Assembly (NCBI GenBank): GCA_020437725.1
Contig: JAGQWA010000002.1
Span: 1 to 35,377, forward strand
From: Bacteroidota bacterium
Lineage (GTDB): Bacteria > Bacteroidota > Bacteroidia > CAILMK01 > JACPUW01
Length of the DNA stretch: 35,377 nt
Direction of reading: 5' to 3'
This document shows, one piece after another, positions 24,980 through 33,304 of this stretch; the first letter of the stretch is position 1; every line of letters starts with the position of its first letter. The notes below the pieces were generated by a model. The model was given only the letters and a program-made list of their open reading frames with translations. It made no database searches and was not told the origin of the DNA. The position numbers and the translations under genes were made by a program.

Positions 24980-24986
24980 GACTAAA

Positions 24987-25568
24987 ATGAAAAATACCAA
25001 GGATAAAATTCTTGACACAGCACATCATTTATTCAATGAATTTGGAGTTGCGCCAGTATCTATTAGACAGATTAGCAAAGCGGCTGGCATCAGCCATGGT
25101 AACTTAATGTACCATTTTAATACCAAGCAAGAAATAATAACTGCACTACATGAAAGATTGCTTCTTGAAGCAATAGCACTAAATTCTAACTTTAGACCTG
25201 AAAATTTTTCACTCGCCGAGTTAAATAAGGCAACAGAGGCAGGTTTTACGATTTCTTATAAGTATCGCTTCTTTTTTGTTGAGCTGCTTTATGTTGCCCA
25301 ACAAGATGAAGCGTTGCACAAAAGACTAATTGAAGTAGAACAGTTAAGAGCTAAAATGTATAAGAATGTTTTTGTGCTGGCACAAGAAAAAGGACTTATG
25401 CGCCAAGAAATGTTTAGCGGAGAATTTGACTCATTAATAACCCAAATTAGAATTCTTAGCGATTCATGGATTAGTTCAAGTCTTCTTTATGACAATTTGA
25501 AGGACGAACAACGTATAAAGAAATACGCACAGCTGTTAATGGATTTATTAAAGCCATATTTGAATTAA
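24987..25568 (+). CDS. TetR/AcrR family transcriptional regulator
   Basis: The N-terminal HTH reads KILDTAHHLFNEFGVAPVSIRQISKAAGISHGNLMYHF. Confidence 0.9.
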   Translation: MKNTKDKILDTAHHLFNEFGVAPVSIRQISKAAGISHGNLMYHFNTKQEIITALHERLLLEAIALNSNFRPENFSLAELNKATEAGFTISYKYRFFFVELLYVAQQDEALHKRLIEVEQLRAKMYKNVFVLAQEKGLMRQEMFSGEFDSLITQIRILSDSWISSSLLYDNLKDEQRIKKYAQLLMDLLKPYLN

Positions 25569-26161
25569 GGCAATTTTAGGATTGAACTTATTCCAACATG
25601 ATGATCTAAAAACTCAAATTCACCTGTTTCTTCATCAGCAGAAATTTTAATCCAGCCAAACTTGGTTTCATTCTTAGTTCTGAAAAGCACATAGAAGGGG
25701 TTAGTTGTTTCTGCTTCGATAATCCATTTTTCAAGATAAGCTCCGTAGCAACCATGATTAGATATTACCGTAACCCCATAATTTGACCATTTGGCTACAT
25801 CTACCAGCTTCTTAAAATCGATTGTTTCACCTGATTTGGCAAAGGGTAAATTACCGTCAACTCTTTCATAAACTACTTCTAATTCACCGCAAGGCACAAC
25901 CTTACCCATAATTGATTGACCAGAAGAAGGTTCGTCTAGTGTCATGAGATGACGATAGTCTCTTGTAGCGAATAAGTTATTAAACGAGTCAATCTGGTAT
26001 TTCACCGTATCATGCATAAACGGAGCATTTACTCCAGTTTTTACATATTCTGGGGGACAATTTTTTTTTCTTTGTTCGCTATCTTCAATAGCGTCACCAT
26101 CATCCTTTTTACATGCAGCAAACAGAAATACAACGCTGAGAATAAAGTAGTGAAGTTTCAT
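25565..26161 (-). CDS. hypothetical lipoprotein
   Basis: The likely true start is the ATG at 26161 (MKLHYFILSVVFLFAACKKDD, lipobox LFAAC). The track ORF extends to 26245 without signal-peptide logic. Confidence 0.6.
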   Translation of the reverse strand: MKLHYFILSVVFLFAACKKDDGDAIEDSEQRKKNCPPEYVKTGVNAPFMHDTVKYQIDSFNNLFATRDYRHLMTLDEPSSGQSIMGKVVPCGELEVVYERVDGNLPFAKSGETIDFKKLVDVAKWSNYGVTVISNHGCYGAYLEKWIIEAETTNPFYVLFRTKNETKFGWIKISADEETGEFEFLDHHVGISSILKLP

Positions 26162-26368
26162 AGCTTTAATGATTTTTCTAGTAAACGATTGTTCAAAGCT
26201 TGATGTTGCATCTCCATTTGTTTGTAGTGAAAAGGCAATCACCAATATGGCTGAAAAATAGAATTTCCCATAATCTCCTTAACTAATTAACTATTTATCT
26301 GCTCCCAATTCTACCTTCTTCATTCAAAATTCTAAATTTCTAAAACCACCTTACGCAACGTCACCCAA

Positions 26369-26376
26369 TAGCTTTG
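26369..26376 (+). promoter_or_regulatory. candidate -7 promoter element (TAnnTTTG)
   Basis: TAGCTTTG ends 22 nt upstream of the merR-like ATG (26399). Confidence 0.25.
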
Positions 26377-26398
26377 CATCATCAATACAAAAAAGAGC

Positions 26399-27151
26399 AT
26401 GGAAAAACAGTTGTATTCGGTGCAAGAGCTAGCCCAATTTGCTAATGTGAGTGTGCGCACACTTCATCATTACCATCAGGTGGGTTTGCTTGTGCCAGAA
26501 CACCGAACTGAAAGTGGCGCAAGGCGCTACACCAGAGAATCGCTTTACCAATTGCAGCAGATTTTGTTGTATAAACAAGCAGGTCTTTCGCTAAAGCAAA
26601 TTGATCAATTGCTGGCAAAAGGAGCTCCAGAAAGATTGCGCTTGTTGCGGCAACAACGCCTTTGGGTGCAGCAAGAACAAAAGCGGCTAAAAACCCTGCT
26701 CAATACTATTGACCAAACCATTGTAGAATTAGAAAACACAAAAACCATGATGACTGAAAAAGATTTATATGCTGGTTTCAGCAACGACCAAATGCAAAAA
26801 ATGCGCGATGAAGTAAAAGAACGCTGGGGCGAAGATGAACTTACCAAAAGTGAAGACCATTTGAAACAAAAGACCCCAGCTGACTTTAAAGCCCTAAAGC
26901 AAGAAGGTGAAGACTTGGTGGCAAAAATTGGCAAGGGAATGAACCTACCAGTTGACCATATTGAAGTGCAAACCAACATTGCCGCCTACTTTGAACACAT
27001 GAAAGGCTTTAGACCTGATTTAACCAAAGAAGGTTTCGCCGCATTGGCAGATCTCTATGTAGAAGATGAGCGCTTTAAAGCCTATTACGAAAAGGTAGCA
27101 GATGGCTTAGCTGAGTACATTAGCAAGGCTATAAAGTACTTCTGCAAGTAA
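26399..27151 (+). CDS. MerR family transcriptional regulator with TipAS-like C-terminal domain
   Basis: YSVQELAQFANVSVRTLHHYHQVGLLVPEHRTESGARRY is the MerR HTH. The C-terminal ~140 aa (FEHMKGF..., YVEDERFKAYYEK) resembles the TipAS antibiotic-recognition domain. Confidence 0.85.
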   Translation: MEKQLYSVQELAQFANVSVRTLHHYHQVGLLVPEHRTESGARRYTRESLYQLQQILLYKQAGLSLKQIDQLLAKGAPERLRLLRQQRLWVQQEQKRLKTLLNTIDQTIVELENTKTMMTEKDLYAGFSNDQMQKMRDEVKERWGEDELTKSEDHLKQKTPADFKALKQEGEDLVAKIGKGMNLPVDHIEVQTNIAAYFEHMKGFRPDLTKEGFAALADLYVEDERFKAYYEKVADGLAEYISKAIKYFCK

Positions 27152-27178
27152 GAGTTGAAGGTGAAACGTGAAAAGTGA

Positions 27179-27211
27179 AAGGTTTAAGGTTTGAAGGCTT
27201 CTTTAAACCTT
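27179..27211. terminator. hairpin between convergent genes (9-bp stem)
   Basis: aaggtttaa (27179-27187) pairs with ttaaacctt (27203-27211) around a 15-nt loop. The right arm overlaps the antiporter stop codon. Confidence 0.3.
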
Positions 27212-28384
27212 AAACTTTACCCATTTAGCAATTAACCCTACCCAAAACGGACTAATAAAAATGGTAAGTGCTATTACTATAACGCTCATTTGGTAGGTAA
27301 AATCGCTAATTATTCCTTCAGCAAAACCAACTGATGCCAGAATAAAACTAAACTCACCAATTTGAGCTAAAAGGGCACCACCAAACATGCTATGGCGCCA
27401 TGAGTTTCCCAAAAGCCTTAGCGATAGTGCATTTACCATTTGATTAACAGTAAAAACTATTAAGACCAAGCCTATTATACTAGGCAGGTTTTTTGCCATA
27501 AAGTCTAGGTTTATTAGCATTCCTACAGAAACAAAAAAGATTGACACTAGAATTACCCTAAAGGAATTTAGGCTATCATGTAACCATTTATTACTGTCAG
27601 ATGCGTTCATAAATACCCCGGCCACCAAAGCGCCTAAACTTGCCGAAAGCTCGAAGAAAGATGCCAACAAGGCACAACCAAAACACACAATTACGGCGGC
27701 AAAAACCTGTAGTTCATGGTCTTTAATAATGATGTTGTGAAAGGGAAGTGTAATCTGCTTCTTTCTAAACAAATAAATCATTGAAGTTACAATGGCCGCA
27801 CCCCCAATTATTTGCATAATTAGTTCGTAGGTATCAACCCCTTTTCCATTTAGTAGAGTAATACAAATTAGCATGGGAACAATAACCACATCTTGGGTAA
27901 GAAGAATGCTAATTACACTTGAGTCTAGCTTGTTTTTTGGCCGCCTAGAGTTTTCTATTAGTTTTATAACAACTGCCGAACTGCTAATTGCGATAATAAA
28001 CCCCAATAAAATAATTCTATTAGTGCTCCAATTAAAATAGTTTCCTAGCAATGCAACCACCCCAAGGCTAAAAAGTATTTGCATACCTGTTCCAAAAAAG
28101 GCAATTCGCCATCTCGATACAAACTCGGGTAGCGAAATTTCCATACCAATAAAAAACATGAGTATAACAATGCCTACATCACCTATATTTTGTGCCACTT
28201 CAACATTGTTAACCACCTTAAAACCATATGGCCCCAAAATAATACCGCATAAAATATAGGCAATTATATAGGGCTGCCTTAGCCGTCTTAAAAAAAGGCC
28301 AATTACAAAAATGAATACAGAAACAACTAGAAAAATATTTACTTCTCGGCCTAGACTGCTCAGTAAAATTGAGAGATTAAGCAT
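27203..28384 (-). CDS. cation:proton antiporter (CPA2 / Na+/H+ exchanger family)
   Basis: 393 aa with about 11-12 TM helices. The N-terminal LRQPYIIAYILCGIILGPYG and ...FFIGMEISL are typical of the Na_H_Exchanger family. Confidence 0.85.
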   Translation of the reverse strand: MLNLSILLSSLGREVNIFLVVSVFIFVIGLFLRRLRQPYIIAYILCGIILGPYGFKVVNNVEVAQNIGDVGIVILMFFIGMEISLPEFVSRWRIAFFGTGMQILFSLGVVALLGNYFNWSTNRIILLGFIIAISSSAVVIKLIENSRRPKNKLDSSVISILLTQDVVIVPMLICITLLNGKGVDTYELIMQIIGGAAIVTSMIYLFRKKQITLPFHNIIIKDHELQVFAAVIVCFGCALLASFFELSASLGALVAGVFMNASDSNKWLHDSLNSFRVILVSIFFVSVGMLINLDFMAKNLPSIIGLVLIVFTVNQMVNALSLRLLGNSWRHSMFGGALLAQIGEFSFILASVGFAEGIISDFTYQMSVIVIALTIFISPFWVGLIAKWVKFKV

Positions 28385-28934
28385 TTGGCGTTTCTACTGG
28401 TTTGCGTTTTTCTCTTTTCTTTTTAGGCTTACCTAGGGTAATGGTTTTTTGAATTACCACCGTATTGGGAATGGTATAAACATCGCCTAAATCGTCGCGA
28501 ACATGTAAGAAGAATAATGAAATGTCTTCTATTATACCTGCCATGGGTTCGTCTTTATCCAAAATGGTAATATAATCTCCAATTTTTAAGGGATGATTAA
28601 AATAAAGTATAATACCAGCGGTTATGTTAGACAATAACGACCATTGCGCAAAAAAGCCAACACCTAAAACCGCCAACACCGAGGTTACAAATGCCAAAAC
28701 CTGCTCTCTATCTAGACCCCAAACACCAGTTAAAATGGCTACTAAAACTATTATATAAAGCAAATTAAGGGCCTTAAGAATAATTTTTTTACGCTGAAGG
28801 TTAAAGTCGGCATTTCTTAACCTACGAGAAATAATTCTAGATACTACCAGCTTTATTAAATAAACGGCTACAATTCCAATTGCTGAGTAAAGCCATTTCA
28901 ATTCAGTTTGATCTAACGCTATCATTGTTATCAT
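28377..28934 (-). CDS. small mechanosensitive ion channel (MscS-like) family protein
   Basis: 3 TM helices plus the beta-domain block ITAGIILYFNHPLKIGDYITI...GIIEDISLFFLHVRDDLGDVYTIPNTVV. It lacks the usual C-terminal alpha/beta domain and ends in a Lys/Arg-rich tail. It overlaps the antiporter gene by 8 nt. Confidence 0.75.
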   Translation of the reverse strand: MITMIALDQTELKWLYSAIGIVAVYLIKLVVSRIISRRLRNADFNLQRKKIILKALNLLYIIVLVAILTGVWGLDREQVLAFVTSVLAVLGVGFFAQWSLLSNITAGIILYFNHPLKIGDYITILDKDEPMAGIIEDISLFFLHVRDDLGDVYTIPNTVVIQKTITLGKPKKKREKRKPVETPNA

Positions 28935-28938
28935 AAAA

Positions 28939-29373
28939 TTATTCTTCGTTACCTACCCAAAAATCATAAACAACGGGCTTTGCTGCCAAATGTTCTTTAA
29001 TATTGGCTCTTACTTGCAAATGGGTTTCATTATTAGAATAGGCTTTTAGTTGTTCTTCAGATTCAAATACGACATGCAAACCAATGTCGAAACCTAATGG
29101 CATTCTTTCATCGCCAGTTTCGGCCCGCTTGCCCACGTGCAAATGATACACTTCTGGCAAATTCTCTAGCCGCTTTAACTCAGTAAAAACCATTGCCCTA
29201 TTTTCATCTGAAATAGAATCATTTAAATCTAGAAAAACCTCGTGTAAAAGCATTCTTTTTGGTGGTTTGTGGGCATCAGGCTTAGAATGCTGTGGCGCAT
29301 CATTTTCTATTTTGGGCTGGCTGTTGCAGCTCACTATCGCAATGGTAATAAGTAGAATGAAAAGACTTTTCAT
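28939..29373 (-). CDS. Dabb (stress-responsive alpha/beta-barrel) family lipoprotein
   Basis: Lipobox IAIVSC. LHEVFLDL...LENLPEVYHLHVGK...HVVFESEEQLKAYSNNETHLQV fits the Dabb domain. Confidence 0.7.
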   Translation of the reverse strand: MKSLFILLITIAIVSCNSQPKIENDAPQHSKPDAHKPPKRMLLHEVFLDLNDSISDENRAMVFTELKRLENLPEVYHLHVGKRAETGDERMPLGFDIGLHVVFESEEQLKAYSNNETHLQVRANIKEHLAAKPVVYDFWVGNEE

Positions 29374-29470
29374 GGTTGCTTTTTCAATTGTTTTGAATTA
29401 ACCGTTTCAAACTTATAACAACATTACCAATGCACTTAGCTTAAGTTTCTACCATTGTAAATTACGATAT

Positions 29471-30679
29471 TTGCCATGTCGTTACTTGCTCATTTTGAAA
29501 AGTTTTAAGCAATTTATTCCTATAAGTACACTTATAGTTTTACCTGCCATTTTTGTAGCTTGGGTAGGTGCATTGGTAATTGAATCAAACACCATAAGAA
29601 AAGAGCTGGCAGCAAAAGTTTATACCATAACAGTTCTTAGAGATATTGAAGAATCTGTTATTGGTAATACAGAATTGAGCGATGAATTGCTTTCTGATTT
29701 AGAAGAAGTTAAAACCAATGTGAACAATGATTTGCTTCTGCTTTTAAAGAATCAGACCAAAGAAAACAATTGGCAAACACTTGATTTATTGCGTAAAAAC
29801 ATAAAAGAGCTTCGAATAAACTTAAACAATAAATCTATTAGGTTAGATACCATGTGGAACCAAGTAACTGCATTGGGTATTTTGGCTTGTTTGGTTGCTA
29901 TTTTTTCGGCCATTTTAGGCTGGAAATTTTTAAAACGAAGCGAACAGGCCAAAAAGCAAAATATAGAACTTCAATCAACCACTTTAAAGCTTCAAGAAGC
30001 CAACATTTCTAAAAACAGATTATTTGCCATAATAGGGCACGATTTGCGCTCGCCGGTTGGAACTTTACAAACCATGCTAGAAATGCTTGAGAAAGACCTA
30101 ATAACCAACGAAGAGTTTCTAGCCAGTATTTCTAGCCTTAAGAAAGGAGTAGATGGGGTACACTTTACACTAAACAATCTTTTGCTTTGGGCAAAAAGCC
30201 AGCTTGAAGGAATTAACCCTGTTTTTGAAACCGTAAACCTTGAAAAAGTGGTTTCAAACGTAGTTGGTTTGTTAGAGAGCGATGCTCGTAAAAAGAATCT
30301 TGCATTAGATATTCATGTTAATGCCAACCACAGCATAAAAGCTGATTCCAACCATGTAGAACTTATTATTAGAAATCTGCTGTCAAATGCCATTAAATAT
30401 TCGTTGGCAGGCGGAACCATTAATGTTGATAGCTCTTTGCATGCCAATAAAATTAGAATTTCGATAACAGACCAAGGTATTGGCTTAACCCAAGAAGAGA
30501 TTAATGAAATATTGGGCAAAGGCGGAAAAACTGAACTTGGCACCATGGGCGAAAATGGCACAGGTTTAGGACTAATGCTTTGCAAAGAGTTTGTTGCCAA
30601 AAACAACGGAACGCTTAATGCCACCGGAGGCATTGGCAAAGGCACTACCTTCTATTTTGAGCTTCCTATTGCCAGGTAA
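29471..30679 (+). CDS. sensor histidine kinase (no adjacent response regulator)
   Basis: HisKA H-box FAIIGHDLRSPV. The HATPase_c boxes are N (NLLSNAIKYS), G1 (DQGIGL) and G2 (GTGLGL). There are two TM helices. No in-frame ATG lies near the 5' end; TTG candidates are at 29471, 29486 and 29495. Confidence 0.85.
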   Translation: MPCRYLLILKSFKQFIPISTLIVLPAIFVAWVGALVIESNTIRKELAAKVYTITVLRDIEESVIGNTELSDELLSDLEEVKTNVNNDLLLLLKNQTKENNWQTLDLLRKNIKELRINLNNKSIRLDTMWNQVTALGILACLVAIFSAILGWKFLKRSEQAKKQNIELQSTTLKLQEANISKNRLFAIIGHDLRSPVGTLQTMLEMLEKDLITNEEFLASISSLKKGVDGVHFTLNNLLLWAKSQLEGINPVFETVNLEKVVSNVVGLLESDARKKNLALDIHVNANHSIKADSNHVELIIRNLLSNAIKYSLAGGTINVDSSLHANKIRISITDQGIGLTQEEINEILGKGGKTELGTMGENGTGLGLMLCKEFVAKNNGTLNATGGIGKGTTFYFELPIAR

Positions 30680-30787
30680 AATTGGCTTAACGCAATATTG
30701 AAAACCACCCTTGCGTTACTTAGCTCTACCGCCTAAACAGAAACTTATAAAGCACTACTACTTTTTCTTAATTTAAAGTTTATTGTT

Positions 30788-31438
30788 ATGAAGAAGTTAT
30801 TGATATTGCTTACAGCAATGGCAGCTCTGCTATTTAGCTGTAATAAAGACGATTCAAATAATCCCTCTACAAGCGATTTAGCCAAACAATTTTTCCCAAT
30901 GAAAACTGGTAGTTATTGGATATATGAGCTCTATAAAAAGCCAGATGGTGAGTCAGAAACCAAAACCGAATTTGTTGATAGCATTGTGGTAAGCGGCGAT
31001 ACCAACATAAATGGCCATAACTACAAAATTTTAAGAACCTACTCTGACTTGTATGGCAACTACAGAAATTATTATAGAGACTCAAGCGGCGTTATCCTTT
31101 CTGAAAAGAATAAGATCATACTAAACGCTAAAAGTATAAACGACACCATGGAGCGCACCAAGTATAAAAACGGCAATGTGGTTCTCTATAAAACCGCTGA
31201 TTATTTAAAAGAACATGCTCAATTAAAATCAATTAATGGAGGTTTCGATAGCTTGATGATAGTGGAACACTACACATTTTCGGGTGCACTTACTCAAGAC
31301 GATAAGCATCACTTTCCGGTAAAAACCGAGAGTCAATATCTAAAACATGTTGGGCTTCTTCAGCACCAACTTTTCTGGTTGAACTCGCCTACTGAAAAAA
31401 CAATCAGAAAATTGGTGAGATATGAAATAAGCGATTAG
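30788..31438 (+). CDS. hypothetical lipoprotein
   Basis: The signal peptide and lipobox read LTAMAALLFSCNKDD. I recognise no family. Confidence 0.6.
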   Translation: MKKLLILLTAMAALLFSCNKDDSNNPSTSDLAKQFFPMKTGSYWIYELYKKPDGESETKTEFVDSIVVSGDTNINGHNYKILRTYSDLYGNYRNYYRDSSGVILSEKNKIILNAKSINDTMERTKYKNGNVVLYKTADYLKEHAQLKSINGGFDSLMIVEHYTFSGALTQDDKHHFPVKTESQYLKHVGLLQHQLFWLNSPTEKTIRKLVRYEISD

Positions 31439-31478
31439 AAGCCTTTGGAGTTCAATTGGTTTTCATATATTGCCAATT

Positions 31479-31916
31479 ATGCGTTTATCTTTTATTACAT
31501 TGCTGTTATTAGCCGCCACAGGCTTTTTATCTTGCCAAGATGAAATTGAAATGCCTAGGCCAGAAATGGAAAGACTGATTGGTACATGGCGACTTTATCA
31601 AGTTCACAGTTCTTGGTCGGGCATCTATAACACAGATTCAACAGGTCAACAGGTAGTTTTGAAGTTCAGAAAAAACGGAATTTTTACCCAAAAAAAATCT
31701 AGAGGGTCTTCATACTCCTTTATCTACTCGTTTGAAATTCCAGAATCTTACCAAAACGAATCTGATTATTTCTTCATAAACTATGAACCAATAAAGGAAG
31801 ATCAAAGTGCACATAATATAGGAAGCCATGAAGCAAGGTTTTATGGTAATGACACTCTTTATTTATCCGAGCATTACATAATGGATGGTAGTAGCTATCT
31901 CTTTTATCGAGACTAA
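31479..31916 (+). CDS. hypothetical lipoprotein
   Basis: The ATG at 31479 gives MRLSFITLLLLAATGFLSCQDE, which contains a lipobox. The track ORF starts 9 nt earlier at a TTG. Confidence 0.55.
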   Translation: MRLSFITLLLLAATGFLSCQDEIEMPRPEMERLIGTWRLYQVHSSWSGIYNTDSTGQQVVLKFRKNGIFTQKKSRGSSYSFIYSFEIPESYQNESDYFFINYEPIKEDQSAHNIGSHEARFYGNDTLYLSEHYIMDGSSYLFYRD

Positions 31917-32094
31917 ACTGCTATCCTATACAAAAGGCATTATTATCTAAACATCAATACAATTTAAAGTTCCCAAGGCTCAACTCCTATTAATAAAATC
32001 ACTGGCTTACAGCCACTTACCCCATTATCATTTCATTAAACCCAATTGGCACAATAATAGAAATTATGATGCTGTAACCCTAAACACCAGTATC

Positions 32095-32574
32095 ATGAAA
32101 ACACGTAAACCCATTCTCATTTTATTAGGCTTAGCGCTAATGAGCACTGTCAGTTTTGCACAACGTGGCGGTCAATACCAACATCATCAACATCGCCACG
32201 GCAACAGCCAGCGTTTTGAAATTACACTAGATAGATTGGCCAACGAAACCAGCGACTATTGGAGAAAAGACATCATAGAATCGTACACCGCCAACAACAC
32301 TTTTAATACCCAACAGTTTAAGCGCATGTTGAGGTATGTAAACTCTGATTATTACCGCTACCAGCTTGCCAGATTCGCCATGAAACACGTTAGCAACCCA
32401 ACCCAATTCGATTTAGTGGTTCCAATGCTAAACAGTAGATATTACCAGCGAGAGCTAACCCATTATATCTATAATCACCCTCGCTATAACTGTCATTACA
32501 GAGCTCCAAAACCAAATCATCATCACAGACATCAGCCAACACATACCCCAAATCAAAGGCGGGGTTGTAGATAG
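32095..32574 (+). CDS. secreted His-rich protein, DUF4476-like core
   Basis: Signal peptide. The core has repeated helical F..Q...ML..V.SDYYRYQLARFA / FDLVVPMLNSRYY blocks resembling DUF4476. It is flanked by QYQHHQHRHG and KPNHHHRHQPTH tracts. Confidence 0.5.
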   Translation: MKTRKPILILLGLALMSTVSFAQRGGQYQHHQHRHGNSQRFEITLDRLANETSDYWRKDIIESYTANNTFNTQQFKRMLRYVNSDYYRYQLARFAMKHVSNPTQFDLVVPMLNSRYYQRELTHYIYNHPRYNCHYRAPKPNHHHRHQPTHTPNQRRGCR

Positions 32575-32637
32575 CATATCTCAAAAAGTAGTGGTGCGAC
32601 TTTGAGTCGTGCCACTACTTTCACTACCTTCCCCAAC

Positions 32638-32943
32638 ATGTTCTGTGTAATTTATTCATTCGAAATCAATCCCGAAAAACGCGAATCCTTCATTGAAGCT
32701 TGGCGCGAAATGACCCTTTTAATTCGCGAATACGAAGGTGGACTCGGCTCAAGACTGCATCAAGAATCAGACACCAAATACATTGCCTATGCCCAATGGC
32801 CAAATAGAGCCACTTGGGAAAACGCCAGCGATAAACTTCCAGCATCAGCCAATGCAATAAGAACCCGAATGCGAGAGGCGTGTACTGATATTTCTACATT
32901 GCATGAGTTGAAAATGGTGGAAGACTTGTTAGTGCGTAAGTGA
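32638..32943 (+). CDS. antibiotic biosynthesis monooxygenase (ABM) family protein
   Basis: From the ATG at 32638: MFCVIYSFEINPEKRESFIEAWREMTLLIREYEGGLGSRLHQ...YIAYAQWPNRATWE is a typical ~100-aa ABM/ferredoxin-like fold pattern. The track ORF starts at an upstream TTG. Confidence 0.7.
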   Translation: MFCVIYSFEINPEKRESFIEAWREMTLLIREYEGGLGSRLHQESDTKYIAYAQWPNRATWENASDKLPASANAIRTRMREACTDISTLHELKMVEDLLVRK

Positions 32944-33084
32944 ATTAGTGCATGAGTGTTTTAGATTTACTAGATAATTAGATAAAAAGTTAAGGAGATA
33001 AGGGCTTTGGCTTCCTGTCTGTCCGTCCAGCAGGCGGACGCTCGGCCGCCTTGCAGTAATGATAAATGTTTAATGAATTGGCAC

Positions 33085-33304
33085 ATTGAGCGAAGCGATC
33101 AATTGCCAAATTGGCTAATTCAAATCATTATCACATTAAACAATTATTGAATTCCAATCATTATCACATTACCACATTAAGCAATTATTGAATTAAATTC
33201 AATTCTCAAATTAAAAATAATCGTCTAATTGAGCTAAGCGACCAATTGCCAAATTGGCTAATTCAACTCATTATCACATTACCACATTAATTAATTATTC
33301 AATT
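33085..33304. repeat. complex intergenic direct-repeat array
   Basis: A 54-nt unit occurs at 33085-33138 and at 33228-33281 with 51/54 identical positions. The sub-unit tcattatcacatta occurs at 33125, 33158 and 33268. caattattgaatt occurs at 33141 and 33182, with a variant at 33292. The palindrome gccaa-a-ttggc occurs at 33105-33115 and 33248-33258. Confidence 0.85.

Noticed and set aside
26061-26069. A T9 run (A9 on the coding strand) inside the lipoprotein gene, considered as a second phase-variation tract.
   Set aside because: At 9 nt it is borderline for slipped-strand variation. It encodes an ordinary KKK in a linker and is much weaker than the A17 tract in fecR.
27161-27180. Three GTGAAA hexamers at 7-nt spacing (27161, 27168 and 27175) immediately after the merR-like stop codon.
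   Set aside because: The repeat is very short and sits in a 51-nt gap that is already explained by a terminator-like hairpin. I see no evidence for function.
33021-33050. A GC-rich island in otherwise AT-rich intergenic DNA with two mutually exclusive 5-bp stems: gtccg/cggac at 33021-33025 and 33035-33039, and ggcgg/ccgcc at 33033-33037 and 33046-33050. This hinted at an attenuator or riboswitch-like switch.
   Set aside because: The stems are too short to be meaningful without folding energies or covariation. There is no U-tract and no downstream gene in the right orientation. It would need Rfam/Infernal and comparative alignment.
33085-33304. I considered whether the intergenic repeat array is a small CRISPR array.
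   Set aside because: There are only two copies of the long unit, the spacing is irregular, the 'spacers' themselves contain sub-repeats, and no cas genes are present in the window.
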